A stretch of DNA of 60,585 nucleotides from a candidate division CPR2 bacterium GW2011_GWC2_39_35 (GCA_000995065.1 LBWX01000002.1:1-60585), one strand, 5' to 3'. Counted from the first letter of the stretch, positions 18,141-27,718 are shown. Made by a program: numbers and translations. Notes: a model not told the origin generated them from the sequence alone.

Positions 18141-19371
18141 GAACTTTACCCCCTGCGACTACTTTTTTATAAACTTGGGCCATCTCTTTTGCGGACTTGT
18201 CCCAAGTAAGCCCCTTTACTTCTGCCTTAGCCCCTTTTACAAGAGATGCGGCATATTTTTTATCCTTTAATAATTTGACGATTTCCTCAGCTTGCTTTTC
18301 GATATCCCAAAAATCAACTTTTACAGAATTATCTACCACTTCCGCAATGCCCGAGCTTTTAGAAACCACTACCGGCGTACCGTTCTGGATAGCTTCCAGG
18401 GGAACAATTCCAAATGGTTCGGTAACCGAAGGCATCACAAAGACATCGGCTAGCTGATAAGCCAGATCCTTATCCTCATCGGAAATCCAACTGTTAAACA
18501 AAAGCTTGCCCGTTAAACCTTGCTTCGCTCCTTCCTCAATCATTCTTGCTTGCATGTCGCCGCTGCCGAGCATCATAAATTTTACATTCGGATAGCTTTC
18601 TGTCACTTTTTTGGCCACCTTTACAAAATAATCAGGTCCTTTTTGATACGTGATCCGGCCTAAAAACATCACAACCTTATATTTTTTCTTAATAGGATTA
18701 CTGATTCTTTCCGTAATTTCTCTGGGATCGATGCCGTTATGAACAACACTGATCTTATTTTGGTCAATGCCGTAATAATTGACAATAGTACTTTTAGTAA
18801 TATTACTGACCGCTACTATGTGATCTGATCTTTGAAAACTGTCTTTTTCCGTGTGATAAATAAACGAGCCATCATGCCGATCGATCTCGGTAGCATGTGC
18901 CTGGATAAGAAGCGGCACCTCTTTTCCCTTAAGCTTAGAAACAGCTTGGGCCGCAAAACCAGCCGGAAAAGTCATCCAATCGTGAGCGTGAATCAGATCA
19001 TAATCGAGACCTTCCGCAAGCTCCTTAACACCCCTAGTATACAGATTGATATGAGCGTATCTGGAATTATCTAAAACTTTGATGCATGAATTACACATTT
19101 TTTTGGAATTGCTTTCCAAATTAACGCCTTGATAGCCGTTCACCAAAGAACATTGATTTTTTCTCGCGATCTCGACGCATTTGTGGCTAAAGCCGTTATC
19201 CAAAATTTTACTGGAAGCATCATGAAGGCGCATCCAGGGATAAGAACCCCCATAAATTTTAGGCAATACAAAATCAATATCCATTCCCAGCTTAGACAAA
19301 CTCTTAGTAAGGCCGGAACATGCGATTCCTAAGCCGCCGGAATGAAATGGAGGTAATTCCCATCCTAGCAT
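18133..19371 (-). CDS. GT4/GT5-type alpha-glucan (glycogen/starch) synthase-like glycosyltransferase
   Basis: N-terminal ELPPFHSGGLG (KxGGL-like) and C-terminal EPFGIVPLEAIQNGTPVV (E-x7-E region). Confidence 0.6.
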   Translation of the reverse strand: MLGWELPPFHSGGLGIACSGLTKSLSKLGMDIDFVLPKIYGGSYPWMRLHDASSKILDNGFSHKCVEIARKNQCSLVNGYQGVNLESNSKKMCNSCIKVLDNSRYAHINLYTRGVKELAEGLDYDLIHAHDWMTFPAGFAAQAVSKLKGKEVPLLIQAHATEIDRHDGSFIYHTEKDSFQRSDHIVAVSNITKSTIVNYYGIDQNKISVVHNGIDPREITERISNPIKKKYKVVMFLGRITYQKGPDYFVKVAKKVTESYPNVKFMMLGSGDMQARMIEEGAKQGLTGKLLFNSWISDEDKDLAYQLADVFVMPSVTEPFGIVPLEAIQNGTPVVVSKSSGIAEVVDNSVKVDFWDIEKQAEEIVKLLKDKKYAASLVKGAKAEVKGLTWDKSAKEMAQVYKKVVAGGKVHA

Positions 19372-19657
19372 TAAAATTCTAATAATTCCCTCCTAGAATC
19401 ATTTATATGTTACCTACCAATTATATACCTTGCGCCAAGTCTAGCGCAAGAAGTTTTTGCAAATTAAAATTACCTAAATTTTAGGTTCGATGGTATTTTT
19501 TATTAAGATTTAATTAAGATGGCTTGGAGAAGGGAAAATAGGTAGATGGCAAGATATAAGAAACCGTGAATCAAAAATAATGATCAAAAAATGGAAATGC
19601 ACTTACTAGGGATTTAAATCCTATTAACCCTATCGACCAATTAACCCATTCACCAAT

Positions 19658-20470
19658 CTAGTATTTCCTCTCATAACTCCCTAATGCCTTCACAAAGGCC
19701 ATTTTTTCGAGTGCTCCTAGAGCCTTTTTAACTTTCTCTTCTTTAATATGGCCTTCAAAATCGAGGTAAAATACGTAATCGCCGAGCTTTCCTTTAGAGG
19801 GACGGGATTCGATCTTCGTAAGATTAATCTTATTTGTATTAAAGATCCCTAAGATTTCCCATAACAACCCGGGGCGATCAATCTGAGGGTAAACGGTAAC
19901 GGACGTCCTGTCGTAGCCGGTCGGCTTGGTTTCTGTATTTGAGATTACAAAAAATCTGGTTACATTAAATCGATTGTCTTGAACCGCGCTTCTAATTACC
20001 TTCAGGCCATAGATATAAGCGGCAATTTCTGGACCCATACATGCTGAAGTGCCCCCATTTTCTTTAACCCGTTTTGCCGATTCGCCGTTCGACAAAGTCT
20101 CAACCACGTCGGCACTCGCCATATTCTTTCTAATAAAATCTTCGCATTGCGAAAAGGTTTGCTCATGAAGGTAGAGGGTTTTAATCTCAGAAAGCTCAAT
20201 CTCTTTTGGCGCCATCAAGTGGTGGATAACCGGAATTATTTGCTCCGCTTCTATATTTAGATCAAAATCCAGGAGAGCATCCAGGGTAAAGTTAACTGCT
20301 CCTCCAACCGAATTTTCCACCGGAACCACTCCTTTATCCGCTTTACCTTCGCTTACCGCCTCAAAGACGTCTCTGATGGTTTTTACAAATACAATTTCCG
20401 CCTTTTTGTCGATCAGGTTAGCTGCCTGATGCGAAAAAGTGCCTTCCGGACCTAAAACCGCAATTTTCAT
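19658..20470 (-). CDS. pheA: Prephenate dehydratase with C-terminal ACT domain
   Basis: MKIAVLGPEGTFSHQAA, TRFFVIS, ESRPSKGKLGDYVFYLDFEGH. Confidence 0.85.
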   Translation of the reverse strand: MKIAVLGPEGTFSHQAANLIDKKAEIVFVKTIRDVFEAVSEGKADKGVVPVENSVGGAVNFTLDALLDFDLNIEAEQIIPVIHHLMAPKEIELSEIKTLYLHEQTFSQCEDFIRKNMASADVVETLSNGESAKRVKENGGTSACMGPEIAAYIYGLKVIRSAVQDNRFNVTRFFVISNTETKPTGYDRTSVTVYPQIDRPGLLWEILGIFNTNKINLTKIESRPSKGKLGDYVFYLDFEGHIKEEKVKKALGALEKMAFVKALGSYERKY

Positions 20471-20733
20471 GACTTCTCTCCTTGAACTTCCCTCGAATAT
20501 TTAATTATGAAATTAAATAGCTGAGCCGTAAATCTAGAATTGAGATTTAGATTTTCAGCTGTCTTAACCCTCGACTCTATAACTTCTTCTTCCCTTTTAG
20601 AGTCAAAAATATCTTTGCCAAGGTTTTTTTTAACTTCCCCAGCTTTCCTTGCAAGTTCCATTCGCTCGGCTATCAAGTTTAAAATTTCGGCGTCGATTCT
20701 ATCAATTGCTTGTCTCACTTCATCTAAGTTCAT
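20467..20733 (-). CDS. Chorismate mutase (AroQ class)
   Basis: 88 aa. LDEVRQAIDRIDAEILNLIAERMELARKAGEVK pattern. Overlaps pheA by 4 nt. Confidence 0.8.
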   Translation of the reverse strand: MNLDEVRQAIDRIDAEILNLIAERMELARKAGEVKKNLGKDIFDSKREEEVIESRVKTAENLNLNSRFTAQLFNFIIKYSREVQGEKS

Positions 20734-21832
20734 CAGCCACCTCCTTTAGGATATTGGCGCCTTTGATTAAAACGTCTTTTGGCGCCGCATAAGAAATTCT
20801 TAAATATTCGTTACTTTTAGAAAATACTTGTCCCGGAACCACGATTAGGTCTTTCTCGATGGACTTTAGAGCCACCTTCTCACCATCACCCACCTTGGGA
20901 TAAATATAAAAAGCGCCTTCGGGCTTTTGAATCTCGAAAGTGTCCTTAAGCATGTCATAAATAAGATCCCGACGCTCTTTGTACTCCGAAACATAATTTG
21001 AAATATCAAGATTTAAATTCTGAAGCGCTGCCACTTGAGCTAAATGTGGCGCACAAACATATGTATACTGCTGTAACTTCGCCATCGCCATAAGGACTCC
21101 CCTCGATCCCGCCGCATAACCCACCCTTTGTCCGGTTAAAGCTAAATTTTTAGAAAAGCTGCTCACTAAAATAGTATTTTCATAAAAACAAAGCGGACTG
21201 ACATGCCCTACATCGTAAATAAAATCTTCATAAACCTCATCGGAAACTAAAAGAGTATCGTATGGATCTAAAACGTCAATTATATCCTTGATGATGCGTT
21301 CGGGATAAACCGCTCCGGTAGGATTATTGGGAGAATTAATGATTACCGCTTTAGTTTTCTTGTTTATATTCTTTTTTAGAGCCTCGATATCCGGCCAAAA
21401 CTCTTTTGTGGTCGGCAGAACTATAACATTTGCTCCAAGCATCCGCGGCAACTCGTGATAGAACATGAAATAGGGATCAAATATAATGATTTCGTCCCTC
21501 GGCTCGGTAATTACTCTAAATAAAAGATCAAGCGCTCCGGAAGCACCCGCCGTAATAAGCACTTCTTCCGGCAAAACATCGCTTTTTTTAGTCATCTTCA
21601 ACTTGGCGGCAACCGCAACTCTAAGCTCTGAAAGCCCCCAGGTGTTAGTGTATTTATAACACTTACTATCAATTGCCTCATGAAGCGACTTGGCAACATC
21701 GGGTATAAAACCAAAATCCGGCTCGCCGATTGATAAGTTAACAGGATCTTTGATTTTTGAAGCTAAATCGAACACTTTTCTTATTCCGGAAGTGTCGATC
21801 TTAGCAATTTGGCTGTTTAAATACTTGTCCAT
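20720..21832 (-). CDS. Class I/II PLP-dependent (aspartate/aromatic) aminotransferase
   Basis: NPNNPTG and SFSKNLALTGQRVGY (PLP lysine) motifs. Confidence 0.8.
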   Translation of the reverse strand: MDKYLNSQIAKIDTSGIRKVFDLASKIKDPVNLSIGEPDFGFIPDVAKSLHEAIDSKCYKYTNTWGLSELRVAVAAKLKMTKKSDVLPEEVLITAGASGALDLLFRVITEPRDEIIIFDPYFMFYHELPRMLGANVIVLPTTKEFWPDIEALKKNINKKTKAVIINSPNNPTGAVYPERIIKDIIDVLDPYDTLLVSDEVYEDFIYDVGHVSPLCFYENTILVSSFSKNLALTGQRVGYAAGSRGVLMAMAKLQQYTYVCAPHLAQVAALQNLNLDISNYVSEYKERRDLIYDMLKDTFEIQKPEGAFYIYPKVGDGEKVALKSIEKDLIVVPGQVFSKSNEYLRISYAAPKDVLIKGANILKEVADELR

Positions 21833-21852
21833 CTAAAGTCTCCATTAGACTT

Positions 21853-21886
21853 AAAAAACCTTCCGTCGGAAGGTTTCGTTTTTTTT
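21853..21886 (-). terminator. Rho-independent terminator, bidirectional in appearance
   Basis: AAACCTTCC-GTCG-GGAAGGTTT with T-runs on both strands. Lies downstream of the 22169..23080 gene. Confidence 0.6.
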
Positions 21887-22007
21887 CGTAACTTAACTTT
21901 TCCTTCCAATTAGTAAAGGCTTTTAAAGAAGAAAAAGTTGAAGAATTGGCTTACTTTCATTACCGATATGATAGCATATTGATAGAGATTTGTTAAGGGG
22001 CTTTAAG

Positions 22008-22132
22008 GTAACTGTTCACAACCCCCTCGTCACTCAGAGGAGTTCAGACGACGAAACAATCTCTTTTCGGTTCCAGACAGAGATCGCCACGCTCATTTCA
22101 TTCGCTCGCGATGACAGTTGTGAGCAGTTACG
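22008..22132. repeat. About 125-nt palindromic element of the GTCA...CAATCTC / GAGAT.GCC...TGAC family, enclosed by a 14-bp outer stem
   Basis: GTAACTGTTCACAA (22008-22021) pairs with TTGTGAGCAGTTAC (22119-22132), with one G.T. The core aligns with 50225-50305. Confidence 0.7.
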
Positions 22133-22168
22133 CTCTTAACCTATTATGCCGTTAAACTGTTAATCAAA

Positions 22169-23080
22169 CTAATCAAGCGGTGGTAATTTTTTAGGCACGT
22201 TCACTTTAGCGTATTTGTAGCCGATTATCAAAATTACTAGAGAAACAAAAAGCACACCAAAAAATTCAATTAAGGCCGCCTTAAATAGAGTGGTCTGGAG
22301 GTTGGCGGCTATCGGCATAAAAATGTCTGCTTTTATAAAATCCGGGATCATTTTTAATTCCGGCAAAACAATGACCTTTATAATGCTTGATATAGTGAGA
22401 AATAAAAATAAAGCAATCAAAAATAGCATGTTTACGATAAACGTGTACCAGCCAATGGCCCTAAAAATATTTTTCTTTGGAACCCCGTAAGTTCTAAAAA
22501 AAGCAAGTACAGTAATTATGACAAAAGGAATTATTGGTAGAAGTAATATTCCTGTTAAGGCAACTTGCACATTTTCTCTGATGTTCTCTAGCCTTTCCAA
22601 ACTAACACCGGATACCGCCATTTCATCGGGAATACTCTTTAATGACTCGTCTAGAACTAAGTTTACTATAGGCAGGCTAGCCGGAGTAGACCGACCCACT
22701 ATAGCTTTACGAATAGCCCCTTTATTCGAGGAAATGTCCGTTGCATGAAGCTCATCTTCTTTCCCCTCCATGAAGTCGAAAAAACCCTTAATTTGGGCTT
22801 CGGTTTCTTTCCTCACAAATTCAGGCGGAAAAGCTTCTTTAATAGCAACCGCAACGACATCCTCTGTAATAAAAGGATTCTCGTTATCTTTTAAGATTTG
22901 CTTGGCAAGATAATCAGTATTGTTCGAGATAACCTCATAGATTTTAGCATCATTTGCGGCCCTCAAGATATTTTCGGAATTAAAAAGAAACAGCCTTAAA
23001 TTAAATAAGACAATCATCACTAAAAAGACCGGAACCAAGCAAATAAAAGTAATGAGCGAAAGAAATCTTATTAGCTTCAT
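22169..23080 (-). CDS. Integral membrane protein, function unknown
   Basis: Long intact ORF with hydrophobic N-terminal helix and several C-terminal helices. No recognisable motif. Confidence 0.5.
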   Translation of the reverse strand: MKLIRFLSLITFICLVPVFLVMIVLFNLRLFLFNSENILRAANDAKIYEVISNNTDYLAKQILKDNENPFITEDVVAVAIKEAFPPEFVRKETEAQIKGFFDFMEGKEDELHATDISSNKGAIRKAIVGRSTPASLPIVNLVLDESLKSIPDEMAVSGVSLERLENIRENVQVALTGILLLPIIPFVIITVLAFFRTYGVPKKNIFRAIGWYTFIVNMLFLIALFLFLTISSIIKVIVLPELKMIPDFIKADIFMPIAANLQTTLFKAALIEFFGVLFVSLVILIIGYKYAKVNVPKKLPPLD

Positions 23081-23304
23081 ATAAAATTATTATGATGGAA
23101 TTTAAGAGCGAACGCAAGGAAAAAGTGTGCTAAGGCCCTATAGGTGTAATCACTTCAAATATAGGATTATAAATATCATTACACTCATTTTAAAAAAAGA
23201 ATCTAGGATTAAGAATAAAGTAATAAGTTAAGAAATAAAGGAACATCTATCTTAGCAGTTAATTCGGGATTCTTAATTCTCTATTCCCATTCTATATTCT
23301 TGAT

Positions 23305-23553
23305 TTATAATTCTTTATTCTGTCTCTCAACAATTTTCTCCTTAATCCTCGGCGGAAGTTTCCCTATTATATACCGGCTTAATTTTGTCTTTTCTCCCAG
23401 AAGCAAAACGCCAGCAATTATAAGAAGCCATCCTGGTAGAATTGGTAAAAAGAGGCTTAAAAGACCAATTAAAATTAACGTAAAACCACCAAGAATAATT
23501 AAGATGTAAGCTACGTTCTTAATAATCCGATCGATGTACTTCATTAAATCCAT
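23305..23553 (-). CDS. Small two-helix membrane protein (PGPGW-like)
   Basis: LFLPILPGWLLIIAGVLLLG resembles the PGPGW small membrane protein family (recollection). Confidence 0.4.
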   Translation of the reverse strand: MDLMKYIDRIIKNVAYILIILGGFTLILIGLLSLFLPILPGWLLIIAGVLLLGEKTKLSRYIIGKLPPRIKEKIVERQNKEL

Positions 23554-23619
23554 AAAACCGCCTTGATATTAATTTTACCAAGATTAACAAAATTGAGCCC
23601 AAAAAGAAAGAGATTTTAT

Positions 23620-25383
23620 CTATGCTTTCGGAGTTTCCGAATCACTCGGCTTTTCAACTACGTTGCCCGCTTTAAAATAAGCATTTAAGACATATTGATG
23701 AACCATGCGATGGGTATTAAAGAAAGAAGCGTTAATAGTAATGGCATTTTTCATGACCTTTACCCAAGATTTGCGATCTTTGTAATAAAACCTTACTATC
23801 ATTCCTAATTTCTTATAAAAATCATCCAATTCTCTTTGCTCGGCCGTTTCGCCGCTACAGCGATAATTTTCTTCCCCGATTGCCCAGCCGGTTACTCCTT
23901 CGATATGCCCCTCAATCCACCAGCCGTCTAAGATACTAAGGCTTGGGATACCGTTATGAGCCGCTTTCATGCCCGAGGTACCGGAGGCTTCCATCGGCCG
24001 CTGCGGATTATTAAGCCAAATATCTACTCCGGAAGTTAGATACCCGGCCAGCTCCATATTGTAATTTTCTAAAAAAGCCACTTTTATCTTTAAGTTCGGA
24101 TCTTTTACCTTCTCTATAACTTCTTTTAGAATTCCCTTGCCTTCGAAATCTTTTGGATGAGCCTTTCCGGCAAACACAATCTGAATCTTGCCGGAACGAC
24201 TTATGATATTTCTTAGAGCCGCTTCATTCTTAAAAATAAACATCGGCCGTTTGTATTGAGTGAATCTTCTGGCAAAACCGATGGTAAAAACGTTTTCTTC
24301 AAAATTCTCATTCGTTTTCTCATTTATGATTTCAATCAGCTTTCTTTTAGCTTCCAGATGTGCATCCCAAACCTCGTCAGAAGGAATACCCCAAGCCGAT
24401 CTTAAAGTAAAAGGATCCTCCCTCCAGCCAGGAATATATTTATCAAAGACTTTTTTAAAAGGTTTTGAGGTCCAGGTAACAGAATGAACCCCGTTTGTAA
24501 TATGATCAATCTCACTATCACCAAACATATCCCTGGAAACTTCTCCATGCTTTTTAGCAACCCCGTTTACATAGCCAGAATACATCAGCGCCATTTTGGT
24601 AACATTAAGATTGCCATCAGCTACCGCCGCTTCTACCATGTGATACGGATAATAGGCGCCCATAAAAGATTTGACTTTATCAAAACTAAAACGGTCATGG
24701 CCTGCCGCTACCGGCGTATGAGTCGTAAAAACACACATTTTCTTTACGAGTTCCGACTTATATTGCCAGCCAAATTCAGTTTCTAAAGCCGTTTTTGAAA
24801 GAAGCTCTAAGATAAGGAAGCTGGCATGACCTTCATTTAGATGGTACTTATTTATGACGGTATACCCTAAAGCTTGAAGCATTCTAAAACCACCGATACC
24901 AAGAATAATTTCCTGAGCTAAACGGTAAGACTCATCGCCACCATAAAGATGTTTCGTAAGAGATTGGCACCACTCCTCATTATGATCAAAGTCCGTATCC
25001 AAAAAATAAACTGGTAAGGTATATCCGCCAACACCTTTAACTTCTCTCTTAAAGGCCCTGACTTTTACCTCTCTATCTTGAATCCATATCGAAACAATCT
25101 CCGGACAAAGCGTGGTATAACCATGAGGCTCCCAAGGATCGGCTTCCTCAATCTGATTTCCATCTTTATCAATAACCTGTTTAAAATAACCGTCTTTATT
25201 TAAAAGGGTGACGGCTACCATCGGGATGTTTAAATCGGCACAAGCCTTAATAGTATCCCCGGCTAAAATACCCAAGCCGCCGCTGTAATTTGTCATTTTA
25301 GATGTTAAACCTATTTCCATAGAGAAATAGGCTATTGTTACATCTTCTTTATTAAAAGAATCTTTGGGTGCATATTTGCACAT
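23620..25383 (-). CDS. glgP: Alpha-glucan (glycogen/maltodextrin) phosphorylase, GT35
   Basis: EASGTSGMKAAHNG pyridoxal-phosphate lysine motif. N-terminal GGLGILAGD. Confidence 0.8.
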   Translation of the reverse strand: MCKYAPKDSFNKEDVTIAYFSMEIGLTSKMTNYSGGLGILAGDTIKACADLNIPMVAVTLLNKDGYFKQVIDKDGNQIEEADPWEPHGYTTLCPEIVSIWIQDREVKVRAFKREVKGVGGYTLPVYFLDTDFDHNEEWCQSLTKHLYGGDESYRLAQEIILGIGGFRMLQALGYTVINKYHLNEGHASFLILELLSKTALETEFGWQYKSELVKKMCVFTTHTPVAAGHDRFSFDKVKSFMGAYYPYHMVEAAVADGNLNVTKMALMYSGYVNGVAKKHGEVSRDMFGDSEIDHITNGVHSVTWTSKPFKKVFDKYIPGWREDPFTLRSAWGIPSDEVWDAHLEAKRKLIEIINEKTNENFEENVFTIGFARRFTQYKRPMFIFKNEAALRNIISRSGKIQIVFAGKAHPKDFEGKGILKEVIEKVKDPNLKIKVAFLENYNMELAGYLTSGVDIWLNNPQRPMEASGTSGMKAAHNGIPSLSILDGWWIEGHIEGVTGWAIGEENYRCSGETAEQRELDDFYKKLGMIVRFYYKDRKSWVKVMKNAITINASFFNTHRMVHQYVLNAYFKAGNVVEKPSDSETPKA

Positions 25384-25443
25384 TTGTTTACTACCCTCCT
25401 AGATAGATTATACACTCATGTCATTGCCACTAAAAGTCCACTT

Positions 25444-25899
25444 TTAAAAAGGGGCGTAAAAAATAAGGCTTGCTTCAGCCGAATCTTTTGAAACAACAGA
25501 CAAAATTTCCTCAGAAAAAGTCACCCTATATGACTTCTTGCAGTTAATGGTTCCTTTGCAATCGGATGATATTTCTTTAATCATAACGTTTGTTTTTTTA
25601 TCTTCAAGCATATTCCTTACATCAACTGATCTTCCAGACTGAAGCGTGGATCCTAAAGTTTGCCAACTCTCCGGAGGCAGGATGATTTCTCCCAACACCT
25701 GGCTGACTCTTACTCCTCCTTGCCAAATCATATTTTTCTGGGCCCCCTCGCTGATCGTATTTACACCCTTAACTTCTTCCTTTTTATTTTTTTTTATCGA
25801 AGAGCCGGGCATCTGAACCTGACTCGAGATGCCAATAAACATAAGTATCATTAAACTTGAACTAAGAAGTAATCTATGTGCTATTTTAAAGCTATTCAT
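25444..25899 (-). CDS. Secreted/anchored hypothetical protein
   Basis: Signal-like N-terminus LLLSSSLMILMFIGISS. No motif recognised. Confidence 0.45.
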   Translation of the reverse strand: MNSFKIAHRLLLSSSLMILMFIGISSQVQMPGSSIKKNKKEEVKGVNTISEGAQKNMIWQGGVRVSQVLGEIILPPESWQTLGSTLQSGRSVDVRNMLEDKKTNVMIKEISSDCKGTINCKKSYRVTFSEEILSVVSKDSAEASLIFYAPF

Positions 25900-26035
25900 A
25901 AAAGACCTTTCCCTTCATCATCATTATAGTTGAGCCTTGAGTTAATGCAAGAGGAAGAATGAATCGAATTAAAAACCCTTCCCCTTTAAAAAAAATTAAA
26001 TTATTATAGAAATAGCAACAAATTGGAGGGTAACT

Positions 26036-27058
26036 ATGGAAAAGGAAATAGAAGTTCCTATTAATACAACTAATTCTAATGAAATCGCAAACGACGGTTT
26101 CTCGCCAAATGACAGAGAAAAAGAGCTGGCCAACAAGATTTATAAATCCGAAACCTTAGATGAGCTTAGAGAAAATCTAAAGATGGCGATTGCCGAAGGA
26201 TTTAACAATAGCGCAATCCTCGCCGAGAAAGCCAGTCTCAGAAATAAGGAACTTACGGAAAATAACACTCAAAAAGTAGATACCCCACCCGAAGAACCTA
26301 AAACAGATAAAGCGATTGAAGATGAACTCATAATTGTCCCAACTACCACTGAATCAGAGATTCCGACAGCAAATGAGAGCGCTGACGATAGCCAAAACAC
26401 TATAACTAATGATGCCATCGATAATCCAACAATACTCGAACCTTCCAAAGAAGGCAACGAAGATGATAATTACAACTCGACTATAAAGGTTATGCCTCAC
26501 CAAGATTCTCTCGCAGAAGAAACATCGGAAAAAAATCCAGAAATAACAGATGGTCCAATCGACCTTCTTTCCATGAATGAAACTGAGGTGGTCTCAGAGG
26601 ACGACGATCTAGACACTGAGACTCCGATTCCAATTACACCAGAAACTGATGAGAAAGCAGAAGAACTCAAATTAGACACTACCATCTTGCCTTCAGCGGA
26701 AGAAACAGTAGTCCCAGCGTCAGAAAGTCTAACTTTAGAAAATAATGATTTAGAAATGACTGCAAATATCCGGAACTATGAACCCATTGCAGAAGAAACC
26801 GCGGCAAATGCAGGTTCGGATGTGGATTTGGATGCCCAAAAACTTGACTTTAATAAGCTCATGGGCGAATTAGTCTACATGGCAGCCGAAACAGATAATT
26901 TAACAGAAACCGATAGAGACAAAAGCGAAGATCTGGGCGACATGCTAAAAAAGATGTGGGCCGAAATTTGTCAGTCTACGCCCCGCGAAGATCATAAAAA
27001 CGACACCGAATACATCGAACATATAATTGACGATCAGATTAAAAAGATCAAGGTGTAA
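26036..27058 (+). CDS. Highly acidic, low-complexity hypothetical protein
   Basis: SD GGAGGG 6 nt upstream. 340 aa dominated by D/E/T/N/P, with no signal peptide. Confidence 0.5.
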   Translation: MEKEIEVPINTTNSNEIANDGFSPNDREKELANKIYKSETLDELRENLKMAIAEGFNNSAILAEKASLRNKELTENNTQKVDTPPEEPKTDKAIEDELIIVPTTTESEIPTANESADDSQNTITNDAIDNPTILEPSKEGNEDDNYNSTIKVMPHQDSLAEETSEKNPEITDGPIDLLSMNETEVVSEDDDLDTETPIPITPETDEKAEELKLDTTILPSAEETVVPASESLTLENNDLEMTANIRNYEPIAEETAANAGSDVDLDAQKLDFNKLMGELVYMAAETDNLTETDRDKSEDLGDMLKKMWAEICQSTPREDHKNDTEYIEHIIDDQIKKIKV

Positions 27059-27322
27059 ATAGAGAGGTACATAAAATACCTCCTGTAGTCGATCCCATTA
27101 TTACCTTTTCCATTTTTCCCTAAAAAACTCTTCTGAACTTAAAAGCCAATTATAAAAGTGCGTTTTGTAAGTGTGTAGTTAACCACTTATTTAAACGTAG
27201 ACCCCAAAAAAATTCACGCCCAAATTGAAGATGACTATTCATAACCCTAAGCGATCCCACCCCAAAAAACCTTTTTTTCGAACCTAGACACTCTAAATTA
27301 TAAGCAGTCGCAACAAAAAGCC

Positions 27323-27351
27323 TTGATTTTTATTAAGCTTATGGTTATACT
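27323..27351 (+). promoter_or_regulatory. Sigma70-like promoter TTGATT-17 nt-TATACT
   Basis: -35 at 27323-27328 and -10 at 27346-27351. The predicted start at about 27357 coincides with the 5' end of the structured region. Confidence 0.5.
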
Positions 27352-27356
27352 ACTTG

Positions 27357-27718
27357 GCGGCAGACGTGGTAGGCGAAACTTTTCACTACATATGGGGTAC
27401 AAAGGGTTTTATCGGATCAAAAGGTAATGCACCCTCTCGCCACATTCTATTTCTTTGTTTCGATATCTAAGTGACAACAGTCATTTGGCTAAACAAAGAA
27501 GTAGTACACGAGAGACAATTACCCAAACCAACAAAGCCGTCTAAGACTGCAACAGATTAGACGGCTTGCACTGATAGAACCACCCCCACGTCTGCACCAA
27601 AATTCCGGCCATGTTAGAAACATGTTAATCCGGCAAGGATTAACAAGGAAAGAATGGTGGTTTATAGATTAGTAAGGCATAATTGCCTCACTTGCAACTC
27701 ACCACCCTTCTTTCTTTT
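27357..27718 (+). ncRNA. Unclassified ~360-nt structured RNA candidate with its own promoter and intrinsic terminator
   Basis: Closing helix GCAGACGTGG (27360-69) / CCACGTCTGC (27586-95). Nested helices: 27423-28/27518-23, 27434-39/27509-14, 27453-60/27491-98, 27534-44/27557-67. Terminator GAAAGAATGGTGG...CCACCCTTCTTTC-TTTT at 27648-27718. No ORF of 60 aa or more on either strand. Confidence 0.5.

Noticed and set aside
27357-27600. tmRNA hypothesis for the structured RNA. Points in favour were a closing helix followed by ACCA, a GUAG/CUAC D-arm-like stem, and a possible tag-like ORF AKQRSSTRETITQTNKAV.
   Set aside because: There is no T-arm (GGUUCGAAUCC-like loop). There is no G.U at the third acceptor pair. 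The tag ending is atypical, and ~120 nt of transcript would follow the ACCA. RNase P (GGAAAGUCC/ACAGAA), SRP and 6S features are also absent.
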